Assembly: GCA_963771465.1 (NCBI GenBank)
Contig: CAVYTU010000017.1
Coordinates: 128,001-192,000 of the forward strand
Source: an uncultured delta proteobacterium
Lineage (GTDB): Bacteria > Desulfobacterota > Binatia > UBA9968
DNA length: 64,000 bases
Reading direction: 5' to 3'
Both the position numbers and the translations under genes were made by a program. Shown here one piece after another: positions 9,682 to 19,779 of the stretch; the stretch's first letter is position 1; every line of letters begins with the position of its first letter. Under the pieces are notes generated by a model that was not told the origin of the DNA, made no database searches, and saw only the letters and a list, made by a program, of their open reading frames with translations.

Positions 9682-11280
9682 TCAGGTAGCGGATAATTCT
9701 CTCTGCTTGGCTTTTTCGCGTGCCCGCTTCAGCGCCTCGCGCAGGTTTTGCTGGTGGCCAAACCAGAACCTCGAGAAAGTTGCGCTCATGCGCCCGTCGC
9801 TAAACTTCATCAATAGATAACCCAGAAGAAATCCGCTCAAGATCCAAACTAGACATGTCGGGTTGGCCAAAAGCTTGTCGCGTATCGAAGCAAGAGCCGA
9901 AAGAGGCGAGGTAGAAAGCGTGCCAATGAGCACGACTAAATTTTTTACAGTCGGCCACAAATTGAGGCCCGAAGGCGCCTCCGGCGAGCCAGCCACGACT
10001 ATCAACGTCCCAATGCATGACAGGAGGTAGATGTAGTAGGAGAATCGGCCGACGGTAATTATATTGCGGACCTGATCCAGTAGAGACTGCCCGCCGGTAT
10101 GAGCAGATTTCAAAACCAACTCAGCCGCGCTTGCTCTCACCAATGCGGCAGCGTCTTTTTCTGGATCTCTTGTGGGCGTAATCACAACGGTTGCGTTGGG
10201 CGGCAAGTTGCCGGGGCAATAATCCTCAGTCCCGTGTGCGATTCGCTCCAGGACCGTCAAATGAATTTTAGGTGGAACCCCGTTGTCTCGGCATAGCAGG
10301 ACGATATCGCGAGGTTTCCAGCGATAAAATACTCCGAGTCCGGCGCGCGGGTCGTAGAGCTTGTCGTCGACGTTCCCATGCTCATTGTAGTAATCGCGAT
10401 CTTCCGCAATGAAACGGAGGCCGGCCGATTGCGCCTTATCCATCAACCAGTCGAGGGCGACCAGTGACATGCCTTGTTTGGGATAACCCCCGCCCACATT
10501 CGAGTGTGCTCCGGCGAACCATACCTGCTCGATCTTCTGGGATTCGTTTTGACTGGGCATATCTTGTTTCCACAACAGAGGGACAAAGGAGTGACGTTCC
10601 TCGTCTACGGCGAGTGCATGGTACGCATGTTCGACGTGCTCGCTCAGTGTCTGATTCGGAAACTTAAAACGATAGAACACGCCGTTGATGATATCGCTGA
10701 TGTGGAATGGCATGCCGACGGCATCGACCGTATCCCACACACCGATGAAGTGGATCTTTGGCTGTTCGTTGTTGCAAAATTTCGCCTTGAAGTCGGCGGT
10801 CGCATCGGTCTTAGGATCGCCCAAAAACAGCCGCATGAGCGCGGTCCGGTAACAACTCCGATATGCCTTATAGGCGGCCTTGACGGTTGCTTCGAATGCG
10901 CGCGCTGTGATTTGTGTTTTAGCGTCGATGATCCCGCATCTGACGATAAGTCCCGCGAGTGTCCGGACGGTGAAAGCGCCGCGACTGAACCCAAATAAAA
11001 AAATCCTGTCACCAGTGTCGTAGATGCGGCATAGCTCCTTATAAAGCTGCCTGATGTTTCGGCCGAGGCCCCAGCCCGTCATGCCAGCGAATATTTTCAG
11101 TGGCTTGAAATCTTCCGTGCCGACCCCATCGTCGTAGATAGAAACCTGGGGGTCCAGCTTTGGATCGAAGCGGTGACCGTTGAGGTCAACGGACTCGAAG
11201 AGTTTGAAAACGTTCGTGCCTCGCCCCTTCACCGTCGTGTTTCCTGTTCCGTCGGAGCAAATAACAATGTTTTTTGCCAT
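9682..11280 (-). CDS. DUF2235 alpha/beta hydrolase (Tle1-like phospholipase domain) with C-terminal TM segments
   Basis: CSDGTGN, GFSRGA, GVWDTV, HALAVDE, WFAGAHSNVGGGY. Confidence 0.85.
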   Translation of the reverse strand: MAKNIVICSDGTGNTTVKGRGTNVFKLFESVDLNGHRFDPKLDPQVSIYDDGVGTEDFKPLKIFAGMTGWGLGRNIRQLYKELCRIYDTGDRIFLFGFSRGAFTVRTLAGLIVRCGIIDAKTQITARAFEATVKAAYKAYRSCYRTALMRLFLGDPKTDATADFKAKFCNNEQPKIHFIGVWDTVDAVGMPFHISDIINGVFYRFKFPNQTLSEHVEHAYHALAVDEERHSFVPLLWKQDMPSQNESQKIEQVWFAGAHSNVGGGYPKQGMSLVALDWLMDKAQSAGLRFIAEDRDYYNEHGNVDDKLYDPRAGLGVFYRWKPRDIVLLCRDNGVPPKIHLTVLERIAHGTEDYCPGNLPPNATVVITPTRDPEKDAAALVRASAAELVLKSAHTGGQSLLDQVRNIITVGRFSYYIYLLSCIGTLIVVAGSPEAPSGLNLWPTVKNLVVLIGTLSTSPLSALASIRDKLLANPTCLVWILSGFLLGYLLMKFSDGRMSATFSRFWFGHQQNLREALKRAREKAKQRELSAT

Positions 11281-11457
11281 GGCAAGTTTTCTTTCTAGGA
11301 GACGATACTTTGCGGTTGACTGATGTGACTCGATGCGGATCAGCTACCATCTCTCCAGGAGTGATCGTTATGCGCGAAAGCTTGTCGATAAATTTCCGGC
11401 AAGTCAAGAAAAATTCAGCAGTGGGACATCTATGAATCCGCGAGAGAGGGAGACTGA

Positions 11458-12174
11458 TCAGATCCCGAGATGCTGATGAAGCAGCTCCGGCTTCTGACGT
11501 AATTCGCCATTAGTGCCTTCGAAGGCAACCCGCCCTTTGACCAAAATGATATTTCGATCGGTGAGCGCGGAGACGGCGGCAAAATTTTTGTCGACGATGA
11601 TAGCGGCAATTCCGGTTTCACGAATTGTTTCGATAATGCGCCATATCTCTCGGGCGATCAGCGGTGCCAAGCCTTCCGTCGCTTCGTCGAGGATCAACAG
11701 ATTCGGATTCGTCATCAGCGCACGGCCAATGGACAGCATCTGCTGTTCGCCGCCTGAAAGTTGCTGGCCGCCGTGTCTCAAGCGCTCGCTTAGACGGGGA
11801 AAAGTTTCGAGCACGCGTTCATAGGTCCAGTAGGCTTGCCCATTGATTCCCGGACCCGCGGCCATGATGAGATTTTCTTTGACGGATAAGTTGGGAAAGA
11901 TGCCGCGCCCTTCGGGAACGTAGGCGATGCCTTGACGCGCGATCAGATGCGGCGCGGCGCCGGTCATCGTTTTGCCATTGATTCTCACTTCGCCACGGCG
12001 CGGTGGCACATGGCCGACCAACGTGCGAATCAGCGTGGTCTTGCCCATGCCGTTTCGGCCCATCAAGCCGACCGCTTCGCCGGCGCGAATCGAAAAGTCG
12101 ACGCCGTGCAAGATGTGGCTCACGCCGTAATAGGTGTGCAGCTGTCTCGCTTCGATGATCGGTGTGTCGCTCAT
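11458..12174 (-). CDS. Branched-chain-type ABC transporter ATP-binding protein (LivF-like)
   Basis: GRNGMGKT, LSGGEQQM, LLILDE. Confidence 0.92.
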   Translation of the reverse strand: MSDTPIIEARQLHTYYGVSHILHGVDFSIRAGEAVGLMGRNGMGKTTLIRTLVGHVPPRRGEVRINGKTMTGAAPHLIARQGIAYVPEGRGIFPNLSVKENLIMAAGPGINGQAYWTYERVLETFPRLSERLRHGGQQLSGGEQQMLSIGRALMTNPNLLILDEATEGLAPLIAREIWRIIETIRETGIAAIIVDKNFAAVSALTDRNIILVKGRVAFEGTNGELRQKPELLHQHLGI

Positions 12175-12929
12175 GGCGCGTCGTCCAATATGCCGAGATA
12201 AGCGGCTTGCACCTCGCGGTTGGCGCGGATCTCGGCAGGCGTTCCCGTGGCGAGAACTTTGCCGTCGACCATGACCGTGAGCAGTTTGGCTAATTGAAAC
12301 ACCGCATCCATATCGTGCTCGACCAGCAAGATTGCGTGAGTCTCGGCGAGGTTTCGGATGAGATCGATCATTTTAATCGATTCTTCCGTACCCATGCCCG
12401 CCAGCGGTTCGTCAAGCAAAAGCAGCTGTGGTGCGGTGGCAAGACACATAGCGATCTCTAGCTGGCGTTGCCCGCCGTGGCTCAAGGCTAGCGCGAGATC
12501 ATTGCCGCGCTCGGCCAGATCGGCCGCAGCCAATGCGCGCCGCGCATTTTGCATCGTCGCGTCGTAGGACAACGCGTCGGTCAGCCAATGAAACGGTCGT
12601 GGATCGCGCGCTTGCGCCGCCAGGCGGCAGTTTTCCAGCGCGCTGAAACTCGAAAAGACATTGGTCTTCTGGAAGCTGCGGCCGATACCTAGACGCGATC
12701 GCTTTTCAGGGGTGAGCCGCGTGATGTCCTCGGCGCGGAAACGAATGGCGCCGCTGCTCGGTGCGAGCTCGCCGGACAGCAAATTTATTAGCGTCGTCTT
12801 GCCGGCACCGTTGGGGCCGATGATCGCGTGCAGCTCGCCGACTCTTACCTCCAACGAAACGTCTTCCACGGCGGCCAGCCCGCCGAAGTGTTTCGTCAAG
12901 TCTTCGATTGAAAGGATCGCTTCAGTCAT
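12171..12929 (-). CDS. Branched-chain-type ABC transporter ATP-binding protein (LivG-like)
   Basis: GPNGAGKT, LSHGGQR, LLDEPLAG, VEHDM, AYLG. Confidence 0.92.
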   Translation of the reverse strand: MTEAILSIEDLTKHFGGLAAVEDVSLEVRVGELHAIIGPNGAGKTTLINLLSGELAPSSGAIRFRAEDITRLTPEKRSRLGIGRSFQKTNVFSSFSALENCRLAAQARDPRPFHWLTDALSYDATMQNARRALAAADLAERGNDLALALSHGGQRQLEIAMCLATAPQLLLLDEPLAGMGTEESIKMIDLIRNLAETHAILLVEHDMDAVFQLAKLLTVMVDGKVLATGTPAEIRANREVQAAYLGILDDAP

Positions 12930-13926
12930 TCGCGTGCTCCGCTAACGCTCGTGGATAATCCTTCCGGCGCAAGAAGATATCGATGAAGCCGCCGACGCCG
13001 TGGGGAAAAACCAAAACGATAAGCACAATCAAACTGCCCATCGTTAGTTGCCAGTGCTTAGCGTAGTCGCCGAAAAGGGCCTGCCCGGAGAGAAATTCTT
13101 GTAACAGGACGTAGACTGTGGCGCCGATGACGGCGCCGTGGAGCCGGCCCATGCCGCCGAGGATGACCATCATGAGGACGGTGCCGGATTGATGCCAGGC
13201 GAGAATCTCAGGATTGACGAAACCGTACTGGCAGGCCGCGAGATAGCCTGATAGACCCGCGATGGTTCCAGCGAGAACGAAAGCGCCGAGCTTGTACCAA
13301 AAAACCGGGAATCCGATGGAGCGCATGCGCTGTTCGTTGACACGGATGCCGGCGAGGGCGCGGCCAAAAGGCGCGTGGAGTAAATAATTCAAAAAAACGT
13401 AGACGGCGCTCAGCGTGATCAACGCGAGGTAAAAGAACTGCACGGGACTTTCAAGATCGAGTGTTTTGAAACTCCCGATGATCATTTCCGGCCGGACCGT
13501 GATGTATATGCCATCCGAGCCGCCGCCGAGTTTGGTGTCATGGAAGATTGAGTAGAGCATCTGCGCGAAAGCAAGAGTGACCATGATGAAATAGATTCCA
13601 GTCGTGCGCACGACGAGAAAGCCGATGACGAGAGCGGTGATGGCGGTGACGATCAGCGCCGCTGGCAAAGTGAGCCAGAGACTGGCCGCTTCGTACTTGG
13701 GCGCGAATAGGGCCAGCGCATAGGCGGCGACGCCAAAGTAAGCGGCGTGGCCAAAACTCACCAATCCGGCGTGGCCCACGAGCAAGTCGAGGCTCAAGGC
13801 GAAGATCGCCATGATCATGATCTTGGCGCCGAGCTGAATATAAAAGGTCGAGCCAAACAGCGGGAAAAGTGCCAGGACGAGCAAGGCGGCGAACAAAAGC
13901 GAGCGGGGCAAGGTGATGTGGGTCAC
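12922..13926 (-). CDS. ABC transporter permease (LivM-like)
   Basis: SFGHAAYFG, YFIMVTLAF, VILGGMG. Confidence 0.9.
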   Translation of the reverse strand: MTHITLPRSLLFAALLVLALFPLFGSTFYIQLGAKIMIMAIFALSLDLLVGHAGLVSFGHAAYFGVAAYALALFAPKYEAASLWLTLPAALIVTAITALVIGFLVVRTTGIYFIMVTLAFAQMLYSIFHDTKLGGGSDGIYITVRPEMIIGSFKTLDLESPVQFFYLALITLSAVYVFLNYLLHAPFGRALAGIRVNEQRMRSIGFPVFWYKLGAFVLAGTIAGLSGYLAACQYGFVNPEILAWHQSGTVLMMVILGGMGRLHGAVIGATVYVLLQEFLSGQALFGDYAKHWQLTMGSLIVLIVLVFPHGVGGFIDIFLRRKDYPRALAEHAND

Positions 13927-13932
13927 GGCGGG

Positions 13933-14790
13933 TTACGATTTATTCGCGAGCCCTTGCGGGCGCCACAAAAGAACGACGGCCATCAAGAGATAGATCGCAA
14001 CGCCGGAATACTCTGGCGCGAGGATTTTGCCGAGGGTGTCGGCGAGGCCGATTAAAAGAGACGCGATCATCGCGCCGTTGATCGAGCCGATGCCGCCGAT
14101 GACGACGACGACGAAACAGATGATCAAAATCGGATTGCCCATTCCCGGCGCGACGGATGTGATTGGCGCCGCGATCGCGCCCGCAAAGGCGGCAAGCGCC
14201 ATGCCCACGGCGAACACCAGCGCGAAGAGCAGAGGAATGTTGACGCCGAGGGAGGCCGCCATCTCGCGGTTGCTGTTGCCGGCGCGGATCATCATGCCGA
14301 TGCGAGTTTTTTGAATGACAAAGTACAGGACAGCGGCGATAACAAGGCAAACCGCAGTGATGAAAAGGCGGTAGATTGGATAGGATAGAGTTTCAGTCAG
14401 AGGAATGGAGAAATTCAGCAGCGCCGGCACAGCGACACCATGAACGTCGTTGCCGAAAAGAATGCTGCGCAATTCTTCGAAGACCAGGATCAGACCGAAG
14501 GTGAGCAGGACTTGATACAGATGATCGCGTTTATAAAGGCGTCTGATGATGGTCGTCTCAAGCAAGAGACCGATTGCGAAAGCGATGACAATGGCAATCG
14601 GGATCGCGAGCCACAGACTGCCAGTCGCTTTGGCTAGCCAATAGGCTAGATAGGCGCCGACCATGTAGAAACTGCCGTGGGCAAGATTGATTACGCCCAT
14701 AATGCCGAAGATCAAGGTCAGGCCGCTGGCGAGGAGAAAGAGCAGTAGGCCGTATTGGACCGCGTTTAGTAACTGTATTAGATAGAACAT
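13933..14790 (-). CDS. ABC transporter permease (LivH-like)
   Basis: GLTLIFGIMGVINLAHG, VVIGGIGS, WRPQGL; start moved to ATG 14790 because the upstream part is repeat sequence. Confidence 0.9.
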   Translation of the reverse strand: MFYLIQLLNAVQYGLLLFLLASGLTLIFGIMGVINLAHGSFYMVGAYLAYWLAKATGSLWLAIPIAIVIAFAIGLLLETTIIRRLYKRDHLYQVLLTFGLILVFEELRSILFGNDVHGVAVPALLNFSIPLTETLSYPIYRLFITAVCLVIAAVLYFVIQKTRIGMMIRAGNSNREMAASLGVNIPLLFALVFAVGMALAAFAGAIAAPITSVAPGMGNPILIICFVVVVIGGIGSINGAMIASLLIGLADTLGKILAPEYSGVAIYLLMAVVLLWRPQGLANKS

Positions 14791-14880
14791 GTTTGAATCG
14801 TTCAAGCCGTTCAAAACGTTCAAGCAGTCAGAATTCGGCCGGTTTCCGAAAACGATTTGAACTACTTGAACGGTTTGAAC
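14791..14880. repeat. Intergenic inverted array of 9-nt-period GTTCAA / TTGAAC units
   Basis: GTTCAA at 14800, 14809, 14818; TTGAAC at 14857, 14866, 14875. Confidence 0.85.
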
Positions 14881-14898
14881 GCGACGGCGAAGCCGTCG

Positions 14899-16074
14899 CT
14901 ATAATTTGCATCCGCGCGCCGGGTCGGCAAGCGCTTTATGGGCGACGCTGACATAGCGGTTTTCTTTACCGACGACTTTGCGGAGATAGATGTCTTGGAT
15001 TGGATTGTGCGCTTTCGACATAGTCCAGGCACCGCGCGGGCTGTCGATCTTGGCCTTTTCCATGGCAGCGATCATTTCCTTGCGCTTAGTGATATCGCCT
15101 TTAACCGCGTCGACTCCGGCGGCGAGCAGCAAGCCGGCGTCAAAGCCCTGCACGGCGTAAACATCCGGCTCGCTCGTGTACGTTTTCGCGTAGGCGGCGC
15201 GAAACTCCTTATCGCGTTTGGTATTCAGACCGTCAGCGTAGTGAAGCGTGGTTTCCAGTCCCTGTCCCGAGTCTTGGATCGCGTCTAAGATGCCGTCGGT
15301 AAGAAATCCGGAGCCGTAAAGTGGAATGGTCTTTCGCAGACCAGACGCTGCGTAGTCTCTGACGAATTTTGCGGCGCCGGCGCCGGCAAAAAATACGAAT
15401 ACGGCGTCGGGTTTGAGCGACGCGATCTCTGTCAACAGCGCTTGGAATTCGGCATTGGGAAATGGAATCCACAGGCCGCGCACCGACTTGCCACCGGCTT
15501 TGATAAATCCTTCGGTGAAGCCGGCGATGGCTTCTTCGCCGGCGCCGTATTTCCAGGCGAGAGAAACGACATTGCGGATACCGCGATCGGCAAGCACCTT
15601 GCCCATCGGGTAGGACGGCTGCCAATTGGAAAAAGAGGTTCGGAAAATATTCGGCGCGCAGAGCGCGCCAGTGGCGGCATCGAGTCCCGCGTTGGGAATG
15701 ATCATCAGTGTACTGGTTTCTTTGGCGATCTTGACCATGCCCATTTGCACGCCGCTGTGCACCGTGCCGACCAAGACGTCGATCTTGTCGCGTTGGACCA
15801 GCTTGTTGGTATTCTCCGGCGCCTTGGACGGATCGGCTTCGTCGTCGACGGTGAAATACTCCAGCTCTCGTCCGCCCAGCTTGCCGCCACGCTCGCTCAC
15901 CGCGAGCTTAAAGCCGTTGGTGATCGCGGTGCCGAGCTGAGCAAAGGTGCCAGTGTACGGCAGCATGATGCCGATGCGGATTTTCTGGGTTTGGCCGAAG
16001 GCGAATTTGGGCACGAAGGCGCCGGCGGTGAGCAGACTCGCTTGGGTTAAGAAATTGCGGCGATTCAACTTCAC
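14899..16074 (-). CDS. Aromatic-acid ABC transporter substrate-binding protein (Leu/Ile/Val family), Tat signal
   Basis: GTG 16074 after GGGAGG; NRRNFL twin-arginine motif; GTVHSGV, IDSPRG; downstream of benzoate-CoA ligase. Confidence 0.88.
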   Translation of the reverse strand: MKLNRRNFLTQASLLTAGAFVPKFAFGQTQKIRIGIMLPYTGTFAQLGTAITNGFKLAVSERGGKLGGRELEYFTVDDEADPSKAPENTNKLVQRDKIDVLVGTVHSGVQMGMVKIAKETSTLMIIPNAGLDAATGALCAPNIFRTSFSNWQPSYPMGKVLADRGIRNVVSLAWKYGAGEEAIAGFTEGFIKAGGKSVRGLWIPFPNAEFQALLTEIASLKPDAVFVFFAGAGAAKFVRDYAASGLRKTIPLYGSGFLTDGILDAIQDSGQGLETTLHYADGLNTKRDKEFRAAYAKTYTSEPDVYAVQGFDAGLLLAAGVDAVKGDITKRKEMIAAMEKAKIDSPRGAWTMSKAHNPIQDIYLRKVVGKENRYVSVAHKALADPARGCKL

Positions 16075-16124
16075 GGTTTCCTCCCAATTGGATCGATAGT
16101 GTTTTGACAATAATCCATGAGATT

Positions 16125-17666
16125 TCAAGCGCGCAGCTTGAAACGTTGGATTTTTCCCGTGGCGGTCTTGGGCAGCTCGGCGACGAATTCGATCCAGCGC
16201 GGATATTTGTAGGGCGCGAGCTGGGCTTTGACATGCTGCTGCAATGCCGCCGATAACTCATCGCTTTGCGGCACATTGGGTTGTAGGACGATGTAGGCTT
16301 TCGGTTTGATCAAGCCATTTTCATCGGCATGGCCAACGACGGCGGCTTCGAGCACAGCGGCATGCGACGCCAATGCGGATTCGACTTCAAAGGGCGATAC
16401 CCAAATGCCGCTGACTTTGAGCATGTCGTCGCCGCGGCCACCGTAGGTGAAATAACCGTCGGCGCTTTCGCTGTATTTGTCACCGCTCTTGGTCCACGGG
16501 CCGAGAAAAGTGTTGCGGCTCTTTTCGCGGTTGTTCCAATAGAACGCCGCGCTGGTCGGACCGGCGACTTGGAGCTCGCCAATCTCGCCTTTTGCTACCG
16601 GTTTGCCATCTTCGTCGACGAGGCGGATGTCGTAGCCGGACACGGGTTTCCCCGACGTGCCGTAGCGGTTGTCGTCGGGCCGATTGGACAAAAATATATG
16701 CAACATCTCAGTCGAGCCGAGGCCGTCGAGAATATCGACGCCGAAATGTTCCGACCAGCGCCGGCCGACCTCCGCCGGCAGCGCTTCGCCCGCCGAAGTG
16801 CAGCGGCGCAGCTTAGATTCCTCGCGTTTCGGTAAATCGGCACTCGCCAGGAGCGCGCTGTAGAGCGTCGGCACGCCATAGAATATCGTCGGCTGATATT
16901 GTTTCAAGATACGGCAAACTGCCTGCGGCGTCGGCCGCTCGCTTAACAAAATTGTCGTCGCGCCCACCGACAAGGGAAAACTCATCGCGTTGCCGAGACC
17001 GTAGGCGAAAAATAACTTCGCTGCCGAGAACACCACGTCGCTTTCTTGGATGCCGAGAATCGGCTTGGCATAATGCTCGGCGGTTTTGATCATGCTGGAT
17101 TGCACATGAACGACGCCTTTTGGGGTGCCAGTGGAGCCCGACGAGTAGAGCCAAAAACAGGCATCGTCCGGTCGAGTCGACGCGGCGGTGAAATCGTCGG
17201 AAGCCGCGGCCATCAAGTTCGCCAGCAGGGGATGACGCGATTCTCTCGCGCCAGAAACGATGACGTGCTTGAGGAACGGCTGATTCGCGAGAATCGGATC
17301 GAATACCGCGAGCAGTGGATCGGACACAACTAACGCTTGGGCGCGGCTGTCGCGCAACATGAACTCGAAATCGCCGGTCGTCAGCAGCGTGTTGACCGCG
17401 ATGGGCACCAGGCCGGCTTTGATCGCGCCGAGAAAAACCGCGGGAAAGTCGATGGTGTCGAGCAGGCACACCATTACTCGGCATTCCAGCGGCAAGCCGA
17501 GCTCGGTGAGCGCATTGGCCGCGCGATTAACCCTCGCGGCAAGCTCGGCGAAACTATACCTGCCGTTTTCGTCGATATACGCGATCTTTTCCAATCGCGC
17601 CGTAAGATTGCGTTCGATCAGGTCGACCGCGGCGTTGTAATGCGGGGTTGTCGATGGCCCGTCCAT
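16125..17666 (-). CDS. badA: Benzoate-CoA ligase family protein
   Basis: YNAAVDL, LYSSGSTGTPKG, AAKLFFAYGLGN, GSTEMLHIFLSN, LPKTATGKIQRF. Confidence 0.9.
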   Translation of the reverse strand: MDGPSTTPHYNAAVDLIERNLTARLEKIAYIDENGRYSFAELAARVNRAANALTELGLPLECRVMVCLLDTIDFPAVFLGAIKAGLVPIAVNTLLTTGDFEFMLRDSRAQALVVSDPLLAVFDPILANQPFLKHVIVSGARESRHPLLANLMAAASDDFTAASTRPDDACFWLYSSGSTGTPKGVVHVQSSMIKTAEHYAKPILGIQESDVVFSAAKLFFAYGLGNAMSFPLSVGATTILLSERPTPQAVCRILKQYQPTIFYGVPTLYSALLASADLPKREESKLRRCTSAGEALPAEVGRRWSEHFGVDILDGLGSTEMLHIFLSNRPDDNRYGTSGKPVSGYDIRLVDEDGKPVAKGEIGELQVAGPTSAAFYWNNREKSRNTFLGPWTKSGDKYSESADGYFTYGGRGDDMLKVSGIWVSPFEVESALASHAAVLEAAVVGHADENGLIKPKAYIVLQPNVPQSDELSAALQQHVKAQLAPYKYPRWIEFVAELPKTATGKIQRFKLRA

Positions 17667-17962
17667 AACTTGTTCTCCAACTGGCTGGAGTGTGGTGTAT
17701 TTACTATGGAACTGGCGCGCCCGGCAAGCGGAGTTAAGGCTCTAGCCCAGATTATTCTTGGTAAAGCAGCGATCGAGGCGAAAACCTTACGGAGTGAAGG
17801 CAAAGCGGCTCTGCCTTGGAGAGGCGAGCGAAGCGATCCGCTCTGAAATCAACTGTGAAAAGCTCAAATATCTTGCCGAGCGCCGAGCATGACGATGATA
17901 CATGTGCCCTGATGCGTTCACTCCTACAGGGTTCCACCTCAATCCACCCTCTGTCGTTCTAG

Positions 17963-18985
17963 CTATTTGAGATAGTCGCGTTCGCGATAGAAACGCCTGG
18001 CGCCGGGATGAAGCGGCACATCGTAGGGTGCTTCGTCGTCATTGGCGCAAAGCTGCGCCATGCTGAGCGGCTTGAAATTGTCTGTCGGAATGACTTTCTT
18101 GCGCAGTTCGATGGCCTCGCACAGCGCGTAGGCGATCTCGTTGGCCATGTCGGCGTGCACGATCATCGGCCAACCGCTGAAATCGACTGTCTGGACTTCT
18201 CCGTCGAGCCCGCGAAACCCGCAGCGCGACATAGCGCTGGGCCGGTAGCCAAGCGCTTTGAGAGACCCGAGCACGGCGCCGTCCACCGCCAGATAGCGGA
18301 AATCGTTGTCGAGAGCCGTTTGGCCCCAGCTTTTGATGCCTTCGTCAAACACCGCGTTGACCGCGCCGCTCGCGATGGCGGCGCGCCGGCCCGGGTCGCT
18401 CGGTCGCGGCACGGAGTGAATCTTGCCGCCCCATTTGCGAATGTCCGCCAATGAAAAACCCGCCGCGCGCAGCGTCGCGGCCACGGTAAACATTGTGGCG
18501 CTGCCAGCCAGATCGGACTTGGGCAGATAGCCGGTGGAGATGCGCAACGGAATCTTTCGCTGTTTGATCTCTGCCAGCGAGGCGATTCCGGTAGATTTAT
18601 GTACGGCGAAGCCCATCACGTCGAAGGATGGAAAGTTGGCGATGGTACGCAGCGGTAGGCGTTTTTGGAACGGACCCTTGCCGCGGTAAGCCATGGTCAG
18701 CAGCACCGATGGGTTGACCCAAGCTAACGAGTATTTTCCTTGAGCGACGGCGATGATCTCTTGAAAGCTGCCGGTGGCGAAAGATACCGGCACATCACTG
18801 GTGGCCGTTGTCGCTCTGGCGCCGAGGGAAATTCGGACAACGCGACCGACCCGTGAGTCGGTTTGTAAAACGCCCTCGGCGGCGCGCCGGGTTTCCTGTG
18901 ACAGCGAGCTGTCATAGAGTGCTGCGCCGATTTCCAACAATCCCTTGGCCCGCTGTACCCCCGAGTTGTAACGCTTGATCGCCAT
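17963..18985 (-). CDS. TAXI-family solute-receptor-like protein, no obvious signal peptide
   Basis: VPLHPGARRFY; shares AVFDEG and DFSGWP with 4571-5554. Confidence 0.7.
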   Translation of the reverse strand: MAIKRYNSGVQRAKGLLEIGAALYDSSLSQETRRAAEGVLQTDSRVGRVVRISLGARATTATSDVPVSFATGSFQEIIAVAQGKYSLAWVNPSVLLTMAYRGKGPFQKRLPLRTIANFPSFDVMGFAVHKSTGIASLAEIKQRKIPLRISTGYLPKSDLAGSATMFTVAATLRAAGFSLADIRKWGGKIHSVPRPSDPGRRAAIASGAVNAVFDEGIKSWGQTALDNDFRYLAVDGAVLGSLKALGYRPSAMSRCGFRGLDGEVQTVDFSGWPMIVHADMANEIAYALCEAIELRKKVIPTDNFKPLSMAQLCANDDEAPYDVPLHPGARRFYRERDYLK

Positions 18986-19115
18986 TGCGCGTTCGCCCTC
19001 CGATTGAAGTTGCTACACAGTAATCGCTATCGATTGGCGAAACAATATCTTCGAGTGGATTGGCCCTGAGGGAAGGGTCGGAGCAACTAAAAGTTGGAGC
19101 GGGTTGCAAATGATG

Positions 19116-19150
19116 CCGCCTGACCGCCAGTGCTACCGGCGGTCAGGCGG
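19116..19150 (-). terminator. GC-rich hairpin downstream of 19170-19730
   Basis: CCGCCTGACCGCC / GGCGGTCAGGCGG perfect 13-bp stem, 9-nt loop; weak U-tract. Confidence 0.55.
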
Positions 19151-19169
19151 GGAAGGGAAGCGTTGAAGA

Positions 19170-19730
19170 CTAGCGTTTGCGCAGGTCGTTTTTTAACTCC
19201 TGGCGCGCCGTATTCAGTGCGGTTTGGTCTTTGCGCAGTTCAACGCGGTCTTTTCTAATCTCGACCATATCGTCGCGAATTTCTTGTCGGTCTTTCATGA
19301 TTTCCGCCTTGCTTGCACCGTTGCGAATGTCACGGCGCAGTTCGGCACGGTCTTTTCTTAGCTCTGTGTAGTCTTTGCGTAGTTCGACGCGACCCTGTTG
19401 GACTTCCTTGCGAGCGTTACGGACGTCTTTGAAGTCTTGGCGAATCTCGGGTTTGTTGTGGTGGCCGCGGTTGCTCAGGCGAACGTCATGTCTCGGATAA
19501 TTGCGCCGACGATGATCCTCCCAATAGCCGCGACGATAATCGCGCCGGTCATGTTCCGAGTGGTCGAACTTTTTGTCGTGCTGCTTCTCCCAGCCCTTAT
19601 GCTTGCCGGGATTCTCCTTGCGTTCGTGCTGGTCGTCTTTCGCGAATGCCGATACAGTGACGCTGGGCATTATTAACCCGCCAGTCAATATCCCCGCCAG
19701 AAGCAATATGTTGGTCCGTTTCATTTTCAT
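19170..19730 (-). CDS. Secreted hypothetical protein with R/D-rich heptad repeats
   Basis: Signal peptide ending AFA; repeats RKDYTEL, RKDRAEL, RKDRVEL, RKDQTAL. Confidence 0.75.
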   Translation of the reverse strand: MKMKRTNILLLAGILTGGLIMPSVTVSAFAKDDQHERKENPGKHKGWEKQHDKKFDHSEHDRRDYRRGYWEDHRRRNYPRHDVRLSNRGHHNKPEIRQDFKDVRNARKEVQQGRVELRKDYTELRKDRAELRRDIRNGASKAEIMKDRQEIRDDMVEIRKDRVELRKDQTALNTARQELKNDLRKR

Positions 19731-19779
19731 TCTCCTTATTTCATTGAAATTTGGCCGATTGGTTTAGTTAGTGACTCGC

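Noticed and set aside
14791-14880. CRISPR array
   Set aside because: Units are 6-9 nt and inverted, with no spacers or cas genes
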